From a virus (taxonomy: Duplodnaviria > Caudoviricetes), in IMG/VR virus record IMGVR_UViG_3300024051_000139, positions 1 through 59,477 of that record: 59,477 nucleotides of DNA; one strand, written 5' to 3'. A model generated the notes under the pieces. That model was not told the origin of the DNA. It saw only the letters and a list, made by a program, of their open reading frames with translations, and searched no databases. Shown in pieces: positions 26,849-36,840 of the stretch. Within the stretch, counting starts at the first letter, position 1. Every line of letters starts with the position of its first letter. Both the position numbers and the translations under genes were made by a program.

Positions 26849-29673
26849 TTCTCTCCCGGAATACCGTCACGGCGCAGGATCTCCCGCACGCGCTCATGCT
26901 GTTTCAATCGGTCACGCCGCCCGCCGGCGCGCCGCATCGCGCCGGCCTGCGCCCCTTGAGCGTCGAAGAAATGGCGCAGCGGCCGCCCCTTCTCGTCGGT
27001 CGCCAACTCGTCGAGGCCCGTCTCGGGATCGGTGACCGAGATGAGATAGCCGGGCAGTTCGCCGCGATCGACCGCGGCTTCGGTCTTTGCGTCCGACACG
27101 AGCGAAAGGTTTTCCGCCGTTACACCGCGCGCCTTCGCAATCTCCGCCACCTCATCGGCGATGTACTGCTGCGAGTTGCCGATGGCCGGATAATGCATTT
27201 CCGGCGGATACAGCATCAGCCGGCCGCCGCTCTCGCCGAAGGCCTGCGAGGTGCCCCATACCTTGCGCAGCCGTTCTACGGCCTGTTCCTTCGCCTTGCC
27301 CATGTCCTCGACGCTGGCATAGCGCTCGCCGACGAGCATGGCATAATCGCTCATCAGCATGTTCTTCGTCCCCAGGTCGACCGGACCGCGAACGTCGAAA
27401 ATCCAATTGTCATCCAGCTTGTCAACGATGTCGGCGAAGGCATCCTTGCGCGCCTCCTGTTGCCCCTTCTTTACGAGGGGCTGCACGATCTCCTGCCATT
27501 TCGGATCGGCCTTTTCCTTGAGCCAGTTCGTCATTTCCTCCGCCGACATGTAGCGGAGGCGACCCTGCCAATCCTGAAGCCGCGTCACCGCATCGTTGCC
27601 GAGCTGCTGCTTTACCGCCAGCAGCCCGTCCGAGCCGGCAAGGAAATCGAGCTGGGTCATGGTCGCGGTCTGCACGGCCGGGTCGGCCGACAGCATCTGC
27701 GCCTTCAGCGCGGCAGCCTCGCCGGGCGTGAACATCGGCGGCTGGAAGCCATAGGCGTCTGCCACCACCTGCCGCTGCGCCACCCGCGCCTGCAGCGATT
27801 GCGAGATCGTTTCCGGCGTCAAGGTCTCGATCGGCTGGAGATCGATCAGCCCGGCGGCGGCTGCCTGGCCGAGCGGATCCTTCGCCCGCTCCTTCAGCAC
27901 CGTCTCGGCCCGCTTGCCGGCGGCGGCGAAGATCTTCTCCTGGTCGGCGAAGCCCGCCTCGCCGGGTTTCGGCGCCAGCGCGTCGATCCGCGCCACGATC
28001 TCGTCGGCGCCGGCGCCCTCGAGGCCGGCCGTCGCCTGGAATGCCCTGGTCGCAAGATCGCGTTCCGCGCCCCAGGCGTCCGCGGCATCCGCGCCCAGCG
28101 TCTCGCGCACATGCGCTTCCGTCAGGTCGGTCAGGCCGACGCCCGTTGTCTCCATGCTGGCAAGGTCGTCCTTGATCAGGGCCTTGACCCTGCTCCGCTC
28201 CGCCTTGCTGGCGCTGCCCGCCGCGTTCCGCAGCCGCTCCGCCTCCGAGAACAGCGTGTTCGACAGCGCCTTCACCGTCGCGCGCGGCAGGGCTTTGAGC
28301 GGCCCCTCGTTCTTCGCCCATTCATCGAGGAGGCCGGTGGCATAGGCCTGCTTCTCCTCCGGCGTCGGCAAGCTCTCGAAGACGCCCTGCACACGCCCCC
28401 GCGCGGCCGTGAGCGCCATGTTCTGCTTGTACTCTTCGGCCTGGCCGGCCGTGATGATGTTCTGCCCGTAGGCGCCGTCGACGGCCCGCTGCATGGCGGC
28501 GACCCGCTCGGAAAGGATCGCGTCGCCCCGCGGGTTGGCGCCGAGCAGCTGCGCCTGGCGCTCCAGGTCGACGGACATTGCCGACATGCCCGACGCGAAG
28601 GAGGCCTGCTGCTCCTGGCGCAGGTTCGCCTCGTGCCGGGCGGCGATGTTCATGCCATAGGCGCGGGCGTTGCGCTGGAAAGCCTGGTCGAAGGCCTCGA
28701 TCGCCTTCGGATCGTTCGGCAGCTCCGCCGCATATTTCGCCCGAACCGCTTCGGCGGCCGCGGCGAACCCTGCGGGATCGTCCTGGTGCGCCTGTTGCGC
28801 GGCGAAGACCTCCGTATGCACGCCCTCCTGCATCCGCCAGCTCCAGGCGGAGAGCGCCGCTGCGTCGAAGGCCTCGCCGCCGATCGTCCCGTCGTGGCGA
28901 AGGGCGAGCGGCTCCATGGAAAGCGGCTTTGCGGCATAACCTTCAGCAGCAACGCGCCGCTTCCCGCCGCGCGCCTCGATGTCCTCGATATGCCAGTTCT
29001 CGTTGGAGAGCGGGAACGCGAGGCCGAAGGCGCCGGCGTTCTCGTGCAGCCAGCTGACGACATGCGCCGGCGCATGCTTCAGGGATGCGCCGTTATAGGA
29101 AAGATCGGCGGCATTGCCGTGGTTGTGGTTGCTGCGTCCGGGCGGCGCCACCCATTTGCGCGCCGCCTCCGCCGATCCATATTTCTTCAGCGCCTGCTGC
29201 CAGAGCTCCGTCTGGCGTTCGACGCTGCGGAAGCCGGAATAGACGCCGAGCCCCTCCTTGATGTCCGCCGGCGCGCTCTGGAGGAGACGGGCCAGCTTGC
29301 CGGCGAACGCCCCCTTCATCCCGTCGATATGGCTGGCGTCCTTGTCGGTCCGACCGCGCAGGAATGTCCGCGCGCTGGCCTCGTCCTGGCTAATGACCTC
29401 GGGCGCTTTGTCCGCCGCGCCCATCGCCGCCTGCTGCTGCAGGAAAGGCTCGCCCATGCGCTTGCCATAGGCCAGGCCATCTTCCGTCCGCTCCCGGATG
29501 CGCGCCTGGACGGCAAGCTGCCCGAGCTGGTTGGCGAGGCTGCCGGCAACCGAGGCCAGCGCCTCGGAGGCCTGCCCGGTATAGACGGCATAGGATGGAA
29601 CGTCGGAGGAAATCGCGCCGGTGGCGTCGAAGGTGGCAAGTTGCCCGGGATCGCGGGAAGAACGGTTCGCCAT
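26845..29673 (-). CDS. Internal virion protein with M15 (VanY-like) peptidase domain
   Basis: 'SGFRSVERQ', 'APPGRSNHNHGNAADL', 'ENWHIE'. Confidence 0.8.
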   Translation of the reverse strand: MANRSSRDPGQLATFDATGAISSDVPSYAVYTGQASEALASVAGSLANQLGQLAVQARIRERTEDGLAYGKRMGEPFLQQQAAMGAADKAPEVISQDEASARTFLRGRTDKDASHIDGMKGAFAGKLARLLQSAPADIKEGLGVYSGFRSVERQTELWQQALKKYGSAEAARKWVAPPGRSNHNHGNAADLSYNGASLKHAPAHVVSWLHENAGAFGLAFPLSNENWHIEDIEARGGKRRVAAEGYAAKPLSMEPLALRHDGTIGGEAFDAAALSAWSWRMQEGVHTEVFAAQQAHQDDPAGFAAAAEAVRAKYAAELPNDPKAIEAFDQAFQRNARAYGMNIAARHEANLRQEQQASFASGMSAMSVDLERQAQLLGANPRGDAILSERVAAMQRAVDGAYGQNIITAGQAEEYKQNMALTAARGRVQGVFESLPTPEEKQAYATGLLDEWAKNEGPLKALPRATVKALSNTLFSEAERLRNAAGSASKAERSRVKALIKDDLASMETTGVGLTDLTEAHVRETLGADAADAWGAERDLATRAFQATAGLEGAGADEIVARIDALAPKPGEAGFADQEKIFAAAGKRAETVLKERAKDPLGQAAAAGLIDLQPIETLTPETISQSLQARVAQRQVVADAYGFQPPMFTPGEAAALKAQMLSADPAVQTATMTQLDFLAGSDGLLAVKQQLGNDAVTRLQDWQGRLRYMSAEEMTNWLKEKADPKWQEIVQPLVKKGQQEARKDAFADIVDKLDDNWIFDVRGPVDLGTKNMLMSDYAMLVGERYASVEDMGKAKEQAVERLRKVWGTSQAFGESGGRLMLYPPEMHYPAIGNSQQYIADEVAEIAKARGVTAENLSLVSDAKTEAAVDRGELPGYLISVTDPETGLDELATDEKGRPLRHFFDAQGAQAGAMRRAGGRRDRLKQHERVREILRRDGIPGEK

Positions 29674-29723
29674 GCTGGACCTCGTTGGAAGGGAGGCTCC
29701 AGATTATGTGGCGCGGTGTCAGG

Positions 29724-30068
29724 TCAACTGGATATACGAGAGACCTCACCCCGAAAGGGTTCGTGGAAGCCAGCTCTCCTGAATTGCTCCGCAATCTCGA
29801 AGCGCTTTCTGAAAAGCCTTTGCTTCTCAGAGCTCAACCACCACCATCGCCCTCCACATATCACCGCAAGAGTAGTGCCCATACCCGCATAAAAGGGGCC
29901 TTCTGCTCGAAAAAAAACGACGCCCAACACCATGATGACACCGGCGAAGAAGAGCAGCTGACATGCAGGTATGCCGAACATTAGGTCATCGATAGCTCGA
30001 TCTTCGCGCTCAAGCTGCTCATAAATCGGCACCTTTGCCATCAGCCAGCCCGGAACGTCGTCACTCAT
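29724..30068 (-). CDS. Small membrane protein (moron-like)
   Basis: Two hydrophobic segments; lower GC. Confidence 0.55.
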   Translation of the reverse strand: MSDDVPGWLMAKVPIYEQLEREDRAIDDLMFGIPACQLLFFAGVIMVLGVVFFRAEGPFYAGMGTTLAVICGGRWWWLSSEKQRLFRKRFEIAEQFRRAGFHEPFRGEVSRISS

Positions 30069-30127
30069 AGAACCTTCTCTCTGCGCGAATGTCTAAGTGA
30101 AACACACGCAAAAGAGATTGTGGAGTC

Positions 30128-30343
30128 CTATTCGTTGCTGCGCAGATAACCGTTTCCGATCAGCCAATCGCGAAGGATGCGCCGGATAGCTTCAGGGCGA
30201 CCAGGTGTATCAGGCTGCCCCGCACTGAATTTATCTAGCGGTTCCAGTAGGTCATCATGGAGACGAGTTACTACCTGCTGCCCTTTGCCCGTGGCCGGCC
30301 GCCCTCGTGATTTTATGCTAGCATTTTTATCTTGATCGGACAT
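30128..30343 (-). CDS. Ribbon-helix-helix (CopG/Arc-like) regulator
   Basis: 'RGRPATGKGQQVVTRL...LDKF...PGRPEAIRRIL'. Confidence 0.8.
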   Translation of the reverse strand: MSDQDKNASIKSRGRPATGKGQQVVTRLHDDLLEPLDKFSAGQPDTPGRPEAIRRILRDWLIGNGYLRSNE

Positions 30344-30367
30344 GTCTTAATTGCTAGCATAAAATCA
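30308..30367. promoter_or_regulatory. Operator-like perfect 16-bp inverted repeat at a divergent promoter
   Basis: TGATTTTATGCTAGCA (30308-30323) and TGCTAGCATAAAATCA (30352-30367). Confidence 0.7.
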
Positions 30368-30483
30368 GGCCGATGGGAAGTATCAGCTCCACACCGGCCC
30401 TAACCGAAACGACGATCATGGAAGGATCATCGGATGGCTACTGCCGCAATATCACAAGCACGGGCGAAAAGGGAGATGCGCGC

Positions 30484-30732
30484 ATGACCGCATCCTATTC
30501 TCCCCTCGTCAATTTCGAAGACAAGCTGCAAGATCTCCGCAGCCTCGTGCAGCTCCTGCTCTATGCGCAGGAGAATTCCGAACGCGAGGAATTCGCCAAG
30601 CTCGGCGACACGATCAACACCACGCTCTACCTCATGCTGGAAAAGATCGAGGCTCTCGACAAGACCCACGGCAGCCTCTGGCACATCGAGCTCGCCGCCC
30701 GCCGCGCCGAGCGCAGCGAGCAGACGCACTGA
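30484..30732 (+). CDS. Hypothetical protein
   Basis: GGGAG RBS before ATG 30484; ORF is open from 30373. Confidence 0.55.
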   Translation: MTASYSPLVNFEDKLQDLRSLVQLLLYAQENSEREEFAKLGDTINTTLYLMLEKIEALDKTHGSLWHIELAARRAERSEQTH

Positions 30733-30885
30733 TCACGCAAACGTGAATGACGGAGTGACCCATGCGGCCGGAACTAACCGGCCGTGTTCCTTCGCACCAA
30801 CGATGAGTCCGGAAATTCCAAGGCCATTTACCGCAGCCGCCGACTCGTCGTGGAAACTGGTCTGTTGACCAGCATGGAGAGAAAC

Positions 30886-31386
30886 ATGATCCAGAACCTC
30901 ACCCTCGCCGACATTTCCGTCTTCAAAAGGGCACATGTCGGAAATCGAAAACTTTGGCGCTTTGCACCGAAGCGCCAATATCTCAATTACGGCGAGCCAT
31001 GGTTCGCCGCCACGGATGTCTGCGCCGCCCTCGACATTAAAAATACTTCGCAGGCCACCCAGCCCCTTGATGGTGACGAAAAGGGTATATCAAAAACATA
31101 CACCCTTGGTGGCGAGCAGGAGCTTTTGACGATCTCGATAAGCGGCCTTGCCACTCTCATTGTTCGCTCGCGCCTCGCCACGACGCCCGGAACCAAGCCG
31201 CATCGCTTCCGTCGATGGATTTTCGGCGAGGTCTTACCGCAAATCCAGAAGACGGGCGAGTATCGGCCGAATGCTGAAAACGGTACTCATAAAGTGAGTA
31301 CCCCTGGCGGAGACCAGCCATTCGCTTGCGTAAATGAGCCCGGCCTCTGGCGTCTGATACTTGCAGCAGCTGCGAAGAGGGCTTGA
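30886..31386 (+). CDS. BRO-N domain protein (antirepressor-like, mosaic)
   Basis: 'GEPWFAATDVCAALDI', 'TLGGEQEL', 'RFRRWIFGEVLPQIQKTGEY'. Confidence 0.75.
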   Translation: MIQNLTLADISVFKRAHVGNRKLWRFAPKRQYLNYGEPWFAATDVCAALDIKNTSQATQPLDGDEKGISKTYTLGGEQELLTISISGLATLIVRSRLATTPGTKPHRFRRWIFGEVLPQIQKTGEYRPNAENGTHKVSTPGGDQPFACVNEPGLWRLILAAAAKRA

Positions 31387-31388
31387 TC

Positions 31389-32333
31389 ATGATCCAGAAC
31401 CTCACCCTCACCGACATTTCCGTCTTCAACGGCGAGCCGACCATCCTCGATTTGCGGCTGGCGGAGCTGCTTGGATATGAAAGGCCCCGCAAGATCCGCG
31501 ACATCATCAAACGCAACCTCCCCGAGCTGGAGCGGTACGGCACGGTATTTTCCGTCACCGTGACGGAAAATACCAACGACGAAGACGACAAGCGCCCCAC
31601 GGCGGGGCGCACGCGCCCCACCGACGACGGAATATTCCCCACGGCGGGGAAAAATAACCGCGGGCGCGGCCGCCCCGGCATGGAATACCACCTCAACGAA
31701 GGCCAGGCGCTCCTCATCGCCACGCTTTCCAAGACGGAAAACGCGGCCGAAGTCCGCTACATGCTCATCACCGTCTTCATAAAGTGGCGTCAGCAGGGAG
31801 GTTTTTGTCACGGTGACAAAAACCTCCCTGCTGCACCGATCGCCGATATCGACATGGAACGCGCCCCTCTCGCCGCGAAGGTCGAACTGTTGCGCCTCGT
31901 CGAGCGGTATTATGGACGTCGAGGAGCTATGGACTACATGCCAAGGCTCGGCCTGCCTATCCCCGCCTCCCCGCCGATCTCGACAGCGCGCAACGGTATC
32001 GCCAGCGAAGAGGCCATGGAATGCCTCGCCTTCCTCCTCGAATGGCAGATAGAAGGAGGATTGGTCGGCGAACTCGCGCAAAGCGCCATCGATGACGACG
32101 ACACGGAGGCCTGCGCGGTGCTGGAGCGTACCGGCATCCGCGCCACGCCCCATGGCGTCTGGATCGTCGGGGCCCACGACAACATGAAAGCGATCTGGCA
32201 GCGCACGAAATGGCGGGGCATCTGGCGCAATCTTATGCAACGCCTGCCGGGGGTGACGTTCGGCCACGAACGCATGACCATCGGCGGCAAGCAGGGCCGT
32301 CCGCTCTGGCTTCCGGCATCGCTCCTGGCTTAG
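31389..32333 (+). CDS. Antirepressor-like DNA-binding protein
   Basis: 'GEPTILDLRLAELLGYERPRKIRDIIKRN', 'GRPGMEYHLNEGQALLIATLSKT'. Confidence 0.7.
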   Translation: MIQNLTLTDISVFNGEPTILDLRLAELLGYERPRKIRDIIKRNLPELERYGTVFSVTVTENTNDEDDKRPTAGRTRPTDDGIFPTAGKNNRGRGRPGMEYHLNEGQALLIATLSKTENAAEVRYMLITVFIKWRQQGGFCHGDKNLPAAPIADIDMERAPLAAKVELLRLVERYYGRRGAMDYMPRLGLPIPASPPISTARNGIASEEAMECLAFLLEWQIEGGLVGELAQSAIDDDDTEACAVLERTGIRATPHGVWIVGAHDNMKAIWQRTKWRGIWRNLMQRLPGVTFGHERMTIGGKQGRPLWLPASLLA

Positions 32334-32896
32334 CCCATCTGCGCGAGGTTCATCCCGTAGCTCGAAACATCCCCGAGGGCGGTGAGCAGCGCGCCGCCCT
32401 TGGTCGAGCGCGCCCGGTCGCGCAGGCCGCTTGCCCGCATCCGGTAGAGGGCCCGGCGGAACTCGGTATCCTGCTGGTCGATGGAGATCTCGCTGGCTGC
32501 GCGCTGTTTGGCGGCTGCGGCATTCTCCGCCGCCACGCCCTGGGTGAGGTCGATGCCGGCGGCGGCATAGGCCACCTGGTTGCTGCCAAGTACCCGGGCG
32601 AGTTCCCGGCTCATCTTCGTCTTGCGCTGCTCGCCGAGAAGCTGTTCCTGCCCGGCTTGCAGATCCGTCTGGTCGGCGGCCTGGTTGTCGGCGCGTGCCG
32701 ATGCGGCTGCAGCGCCGAGGCCGCCCAAAACCTTCAAGACGGTGCTGATCCCCTGGAAGGCGGCCAGCGCCCCGGAACCCGTGACAGCCCCCGTTGCGGT
32801 GGCCGCGCCGCCCGCAGCGGCGCCGGATGCGCCGGAAAGCCCGAGACCTGTGAACACCTTGCCGATCGCCGCGATCGCCATTTGCATGCTGGCCAT
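32330..32896 (-). CDS. Small internal virion protein
   Basis: Gly/Ala-rich N-terminus, 'AYAAAGIDL'; directly downstream of tail tubular B. Confidence 0.65.
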   Translation of the reverse strand: MASMQMAIAAIGKVFTGLGLSGASGAAAGGAATATGAVTGSGALAAFQGISTVLKVLGGLGAAAASARADNQAADQTDLQAGQEQLLGEQRKTKMSRELARVLGSNQVAYAAAGIDLTQGVAAENAAAAKQRAASEISIDQQDTEFRRALYRMRASGLRDRARSTKGGALLTALGDVSSYGMNLAQMG

Positions 32897-32899
32897 CCC

Positions 32900-34930
32900 C
32901 TATAGTGCAGTCTCGACGGTAATCGAGCGGACGTTCAGTCTACCGGGTCGGGTTTGCGAGATCGTCAGAAAGGGAGCGTCGGAATAGCCGCGCAATCCCG
33001 AGATCTTGATCTCGCCGGTTACGCCCTGGGAAAGTTCGGGGACATCGGCGAGCACGCCGTAGCGATGCAGGTCGACCTCACGGACCGGGCCCCCGTTGGT
33101 GCCGATCGCAAGGGAGGTTGTATCGACCACGGAAACGTGAACGGTGTGGATCCGCGCCTTCCGCTTCAAGACGACGTTCGGCCCGACGTCCCGCGGCGGC
33201 GGCAGGGTCGAGACGAGCGGTGGCCGCCAGGTGCCGACCGTGACCAGGCTGACGGCGACGGGCAGCGTGATCTCACCGCCCGCCACGACGAACGGGCCGA
33301 AGACATTGCCGTCCCCTATGGCCCAGACCGTGCGGCCGTTGAAGCGAGAAAGCCCGGATACCGATTTCTGCGGGCTGCCGAAGGCGATGTCGATCGCCTC
33401 ATCGAGAAGCAGGCCCGGCTCGAGGCGCTGAAGTGATCGCGCACCGCCATGGTCCGCAATGAAGACGAGCTCGTTGCGGGCGTTGCGGCTGACGGCCTTG
33501 AAGCTCGCGTCCGCCGTCAGCCGGGTATAGGCGGTGACCTCCTGCTCGCGCAGGAGCGTGACGAGCCGCGCAGCGCCGTCTGCGCGTACGATTGCCTGGA
33601 TGTTGCCGTCCATCGAGGCGGCCGATCGGCGCGATGCCTGGTCGACGACATCCTCCAGTAGGTGCGAGGCGAGAAGCGAGGTGTCGATCGCCACGAAGTT
33701 CCCCTCGACGTCGGTATAGCGCAGCTCCCCCATCGTCGAACCGTTGGCGTGGCACCAGAGGGCGGCACCTTCGTTCTCGATGACGGGCACGCCGCGCTTG
33801 ATGCCGTTGCGGGAGGCCTGCACATGGTTCGGGGCTTCGGTCTTGGACAGCGATCGCTCGGCGATCCAGTATTCTGCCTCGGTCGTGAAGATCAGCAGGT
33901 TGAGGTTGTCGACCATGCGCTCGATCTTCTCGCCGCCCGCCTTGTCCATCGGGATCAGCGCCGGCCCGTTCGCCTCGGTGAAGCGGATATCGAAATTGAA
34001 ATAGTTGCCCTGCAGCGACATCATCCATGCATTCGGCAGAGACTTGAAGCCGCCGACGAGAAGACGCTGCTGCCAGAACACGCCGCATTGCGGCCAGCCA
34101 CGCGTGTCCGAGATGACGGCCTCGCCCGGCATGACGCCGGCGATGCGCTTGGCGGCGACGATCGCCGCGTCGGCCTGGTTGATGACGCGGCCGGAGACCG
34201 CCCACCCGTCCCCCTCGTTGCCGGCCCCGGAGAATTCGATCTCGACGATATTGCCGCCGGGAGACGTCACCGAATAACCGGGAAACAGGTTCGGAAGATC
34301 ATCGAGAGCGTCGTCGATATCCGCGATCAGCGTGGCCATGGTCGAATTGAAGACGATGGACTGCGTCTCCTGGCCGGAAACGGTCAGGACGAAAATGGTT
34401 GTTCCCGAAGTCAGGCCGACAAACTCCAGGCGCCACATCGCCGGCACGCCATTGGTATAGGTGCCTCCATAGTCGTAGTTCGGCAGCCCCTGGTAGGGTA
34501 GATTGTCGACCGCCCAGCCCGCGTCCGAGACGATCACGCGCTTCGACCTGAGGTTCTCGTGGAACAGGAACATGGTGTCGGCGCGCTGCGCATAGGTCAC
34601 TTCAGCGACGACGTCTGATAATCCGGTAATGGTCAGCGTGGTTATCGCAGCCGTAGCCGACCAGACCTCACATGTATCGCCACCGAAGACGAGATCGAAG
34701 GTGGCGCCGTTGGACGCATGGAAGGGGAAAAGCTTCTCGGCGTCGCCGGCAAGGTCGCCGACGAGACGCAGGCCGTCACGTAGGCGGAACCCGCCCTGCG
34801 GGATCACCACGATGTTTTCGGCGTGCTGCAGGCCGGTCGAGAAGTATTTCAGCTGGGTCCGGTCATAAAGGTACGGGCCCAGTTCACCGGCCGTAAAAGC
34901 CGACTGCATACGTCCGGGACGCGCGACCAT
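32900..34930 (-). CDS. Tail tubular protein B (T7 gp12/P22 gp10-like)
   Basis: Start MVARPGRMQSAFTAGEL; 'PQGGFRLRDG', 'GWPQCGVFWQQRL'. Confidence 0.85.
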   Translation of the reverse strand: MVARPGRMQSAFTAGELGPYLYDRTQLKYFSTGLQHAENIVVIPQGGFRLRDGLRLVGDLAGDAEKLFPFHASNGATFDLVFGGDTCEVWSATAAITTLTITGLSDVVAEVTYAQRADTMFLFHENLRSKRVIVSDAGWAVDNLPYQGLPNYDYGGTYTNGVPAMWRLEFVGLTSGTTIFVLTVSGQETQSIVFNSTMATLIADIDDALDDLPNLFPGYSVTSPGGNIVEIEFSGAGNEGDGWAVSGRVINQADAAIVAAKRIAGVMPGEAVISDTRGWPQCGVFWQQRLLVGGFKSLPNAWMMSLQGNYFNFDIRFTEANGPALIPMDKAGGEKIERMVDNLNLLIFTTEAEYWIAERSLSKTEAPNHVQASRNGIKRGVPVIENEGAALWCHANGSTMGELRYTDVEGNFVAIDTSLLASHLLEDVVDQASRRSAASMDGNIQAIVRADGAARLVTLLREQEVTAYTRLTADASFKAVSRNARNELVFIADHGGARSLQRLEPGLLLDEAIDIAFGSPQKSVSGLSRFNGRTVWAIGDGNVFGPFVVAGGEITLPVAVSLVTVGTWRPPLVSTLPPPRDVGPNVVLKRKARIHTVHVSVVDTTSLAIGTNGGPVREVDLHRYGVLADVPELSQGVTGEIKISGLRGYSDAPFLTISQTRPGRLNVRSITVETAL

Positions 34931-35559
34931 CAGCCCCTCCAGGCCTGCTCGAGGGGATTGCGCGCGACGGTGACGCGGCGGGGCGGATTGGCAAAGCCGT
35001 CCTCGGAAAGCGCACTGCGCATGAGGCCGCCCCGGAAGCTCTCCGATGGCGAGCCGTAGGCCTCCTGCTGCCGAATTTGCATGGTGTTGCGGTCCGATGC
35101 GATTGCGAAGGCCAATTGGGCTGCCAGCGCGGTCATGGTCGCCATCCGAAACGTCGCGGTCCATCGATGGGGATCGGGACGAAACTTCACCATGGCGTAA
35201 AGCGGATCGTCGCTTGCGTGGACGCGGCCGGCGGTGAGGAGGAAGCGGTCATAGCGCCGATCGGGATCGCCAGGATCGTCCGTCAGGAAGACGGGCGGGC
35301 CGGAAAAAGGACCCGGCACCTCGAAAACATGGTCATAGCCGGTATAGGCCGTCACGCCGGCGAGCCGCGAGAGCTGGCGCACCTCGCGGGCGAACTGAAA
35401 GCCGGCGGGCTGAAGACCTAGATTGAAGTCGACGACGGCCTCGTAGAGCAGAGACGCGCTCTGGCCGCCGCCGAGATCGTCGGTGAGGCTCTGCACCGGC
35501 TCCTCACCGATCATGGCGCAGGCGGTGTTGATGACATCGAGCGCGGTCAGAAGGGCCAT
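34930..35559 (-). CDS. Tail tubular protein A (T7 gp11-like adaptor)
   Basis: 'LDVINTACAMIGEEPVQSL'; position upstream of tubular B. Confidence 0.8.
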   Translation of the reverse strand: MALLTALDVINTACAMIGEEPVQSLTDDLGGGQSASLLYEAVVDFNLGLQPAGFQFAREVRQLSRLAGVTAYTGYDHVFEVPGPFSGPPVFLTDDPGDPDRRYDRFLLTAGRVHASDDPLYAMVKFRPDPHRWTATFRMATMTALAAQLAFAIASDRNTMQIRQQEAYGSPSESFRGGLMRSALSEDGFANPPRRVTVARNPLEQAWRG

Positions 35560-35628
35560 ATGCAAATCTCCAGGGCAGCAAATCCCCGCCGGCGGCGTGA
35601 CGGCCGGCGGGGACAAGGCGATCAGTCG

Positions 35629-35904
35629 TCAGGCGACGTTCTGCTTCGCGATCGTCACGACGCCGGCGGCGTTTGCCGTCACGACGTAGTTGCGCCGCAT
35701 CACCGTTGCGTCGAGATCGAGCGTCATATCGATGTGGTCGCCGACCTTCAGGAGCTTGGAGAGCGCATTGAAATAGCCGGCCGTCTCCACGGCGGCCGTG
35801 TCGTCGTTGGTGACGTAGGTGTGTCGGCCGAGGTTGGCGCCGGCCGCGCCGGACGGGTTGAACATGAAGTCGGTCGTCCGGAACCCCTTCTTGTCGAAAG
35901 CCAT
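35629..35904 (-). CDS. Hypothetical virion protein
   Basis: 91 aa, 'VETAGYFN'; immediately after the capsid gene. Confidence 0.65.
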   Translation of the reverse strand: MAFDKKGFRTTDFMFNPSGAAGANLGRHTYVTNDDTAAVETAGYFNALSKLLKVGDHIDMTLDLDATVMRRNYVVTANAAGVVTIAKQNVA

Positions 35905-35967
35905 GGTAGGCTCCTCTATGCTGGTTGAGCGGAAAGAATGGAGCCGGCGCGGACGCCGGCGCCGGCG

Positions 35968-36840
35968 TCAGGTGATCGCGATCGCGGAGTTGCTGGAGGT
36001 GCGGAAGCGCTTGATGCCCTTGCCTTCCTGCATCGGCGAGGCCGCGCCCTTGCAGGTCATGTTCACCGTCCACCAGTTCTCGTAGTTGTCCCAGGCGGTG
36101 ATCACGCTGAGATCGGTGTTGTTGGCCCAGCCCATGGCGGACTTGTGCCAGATGAACAGGTCCTGCTTGTTGGCCTCGGGCACCGGATAGAGATCCGTGG
36201 CGTCCTCTTCGACGAAGAGGAACCAGTTCACCCCGTTCCAGAAACGGGTGTCGGTCGCCTTGACGAAGGGAATGTCCGGGCCGACGTGATCGGCCGAGTT
36301 CACGACCTTGTTCGCCAGGAACTGGTTCCACTGCAGCGCCGGCAGGCCGCAATAGACGTTTCCGTCCCACGGCACCTTGTCGTTCTGCAGCGCGGCGCAG
36401 AGCGTCAGGGCGTTGGCGGCGCCGAACGCGCCGGCCGAGAAGTCGAGGCCCGTCACGGTCGGCACCGCCGTCGCCATCTGGGCGTAGATCTCGATATCAG
36501 TCGCCCGGCCGAGGGCGTTGGCGCCGCTTTCGTAGACGACTTCCTTCTCATCGACGCTCATGCGGTCGACGTCGTATTCCTCGATGACGTCGAATGCCTT
36601 CCAGGTGGCGAGCGGCACTTCGACTTTCTTGCGCTCGGCATTGGAGGGCTGGTTGCGTTCGCGGCGCTCGATCTTCTTGGCCTTGGACTTGCCGGCGAGC
36701 CAGAAGACACCCTTTTCGTTGTTCTCGATGCGCATCGCCTGGGTGACGGTCGGCCGCAGACGGTTGCCCTTCTGCTGGTAGATGTGCATCGCACGGTTTG
36801 CGTACTGGGTCGTATTCCAGTTCGGCGCGTTCTGCGTCAT
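35968..36840 (-). CDS. Major capsid protein
   Basis: 'QQKGNRLRPTV', 'ALGRATDIEI', 'FIWHKSAMG'; follows the scaffold-like gene. Confidence 0.85.
   Translation of the reverse strand: MTQNAPNWNTTQYANRAMHIYQQKGNRLRPTVTQAMRIENNEKGVFWLAGKSKAKKIERRERNQPSNAERKKVEVPLATWKAFDVIEEYDVDRMSVDEKEVVYESGANALGRATDIEIYAQMATAVPTVTGLDFSAGAFGAANALTLCAALQNDKVPWDGNVYCGLPALQWNQFLANKVVNSADHVGPDIPFVKATDTRFWNGVNWFLFVEEDATDLYPVPEANKQDLFIWHKSAMGWANNTDLSVITAWDNYENWWTVNMTCKGAASPMQEGKGIKRFRTSSNSAIAIT

Noticed and set aside
26896-29892. 998-aa + strand ORF (similarly 40362-42275, 51988-53505, 56108-57562, 11222-12598)
   Set aside because: Antisense shadows of well-supported genes in high-GC DNA; no motifs or RBS.
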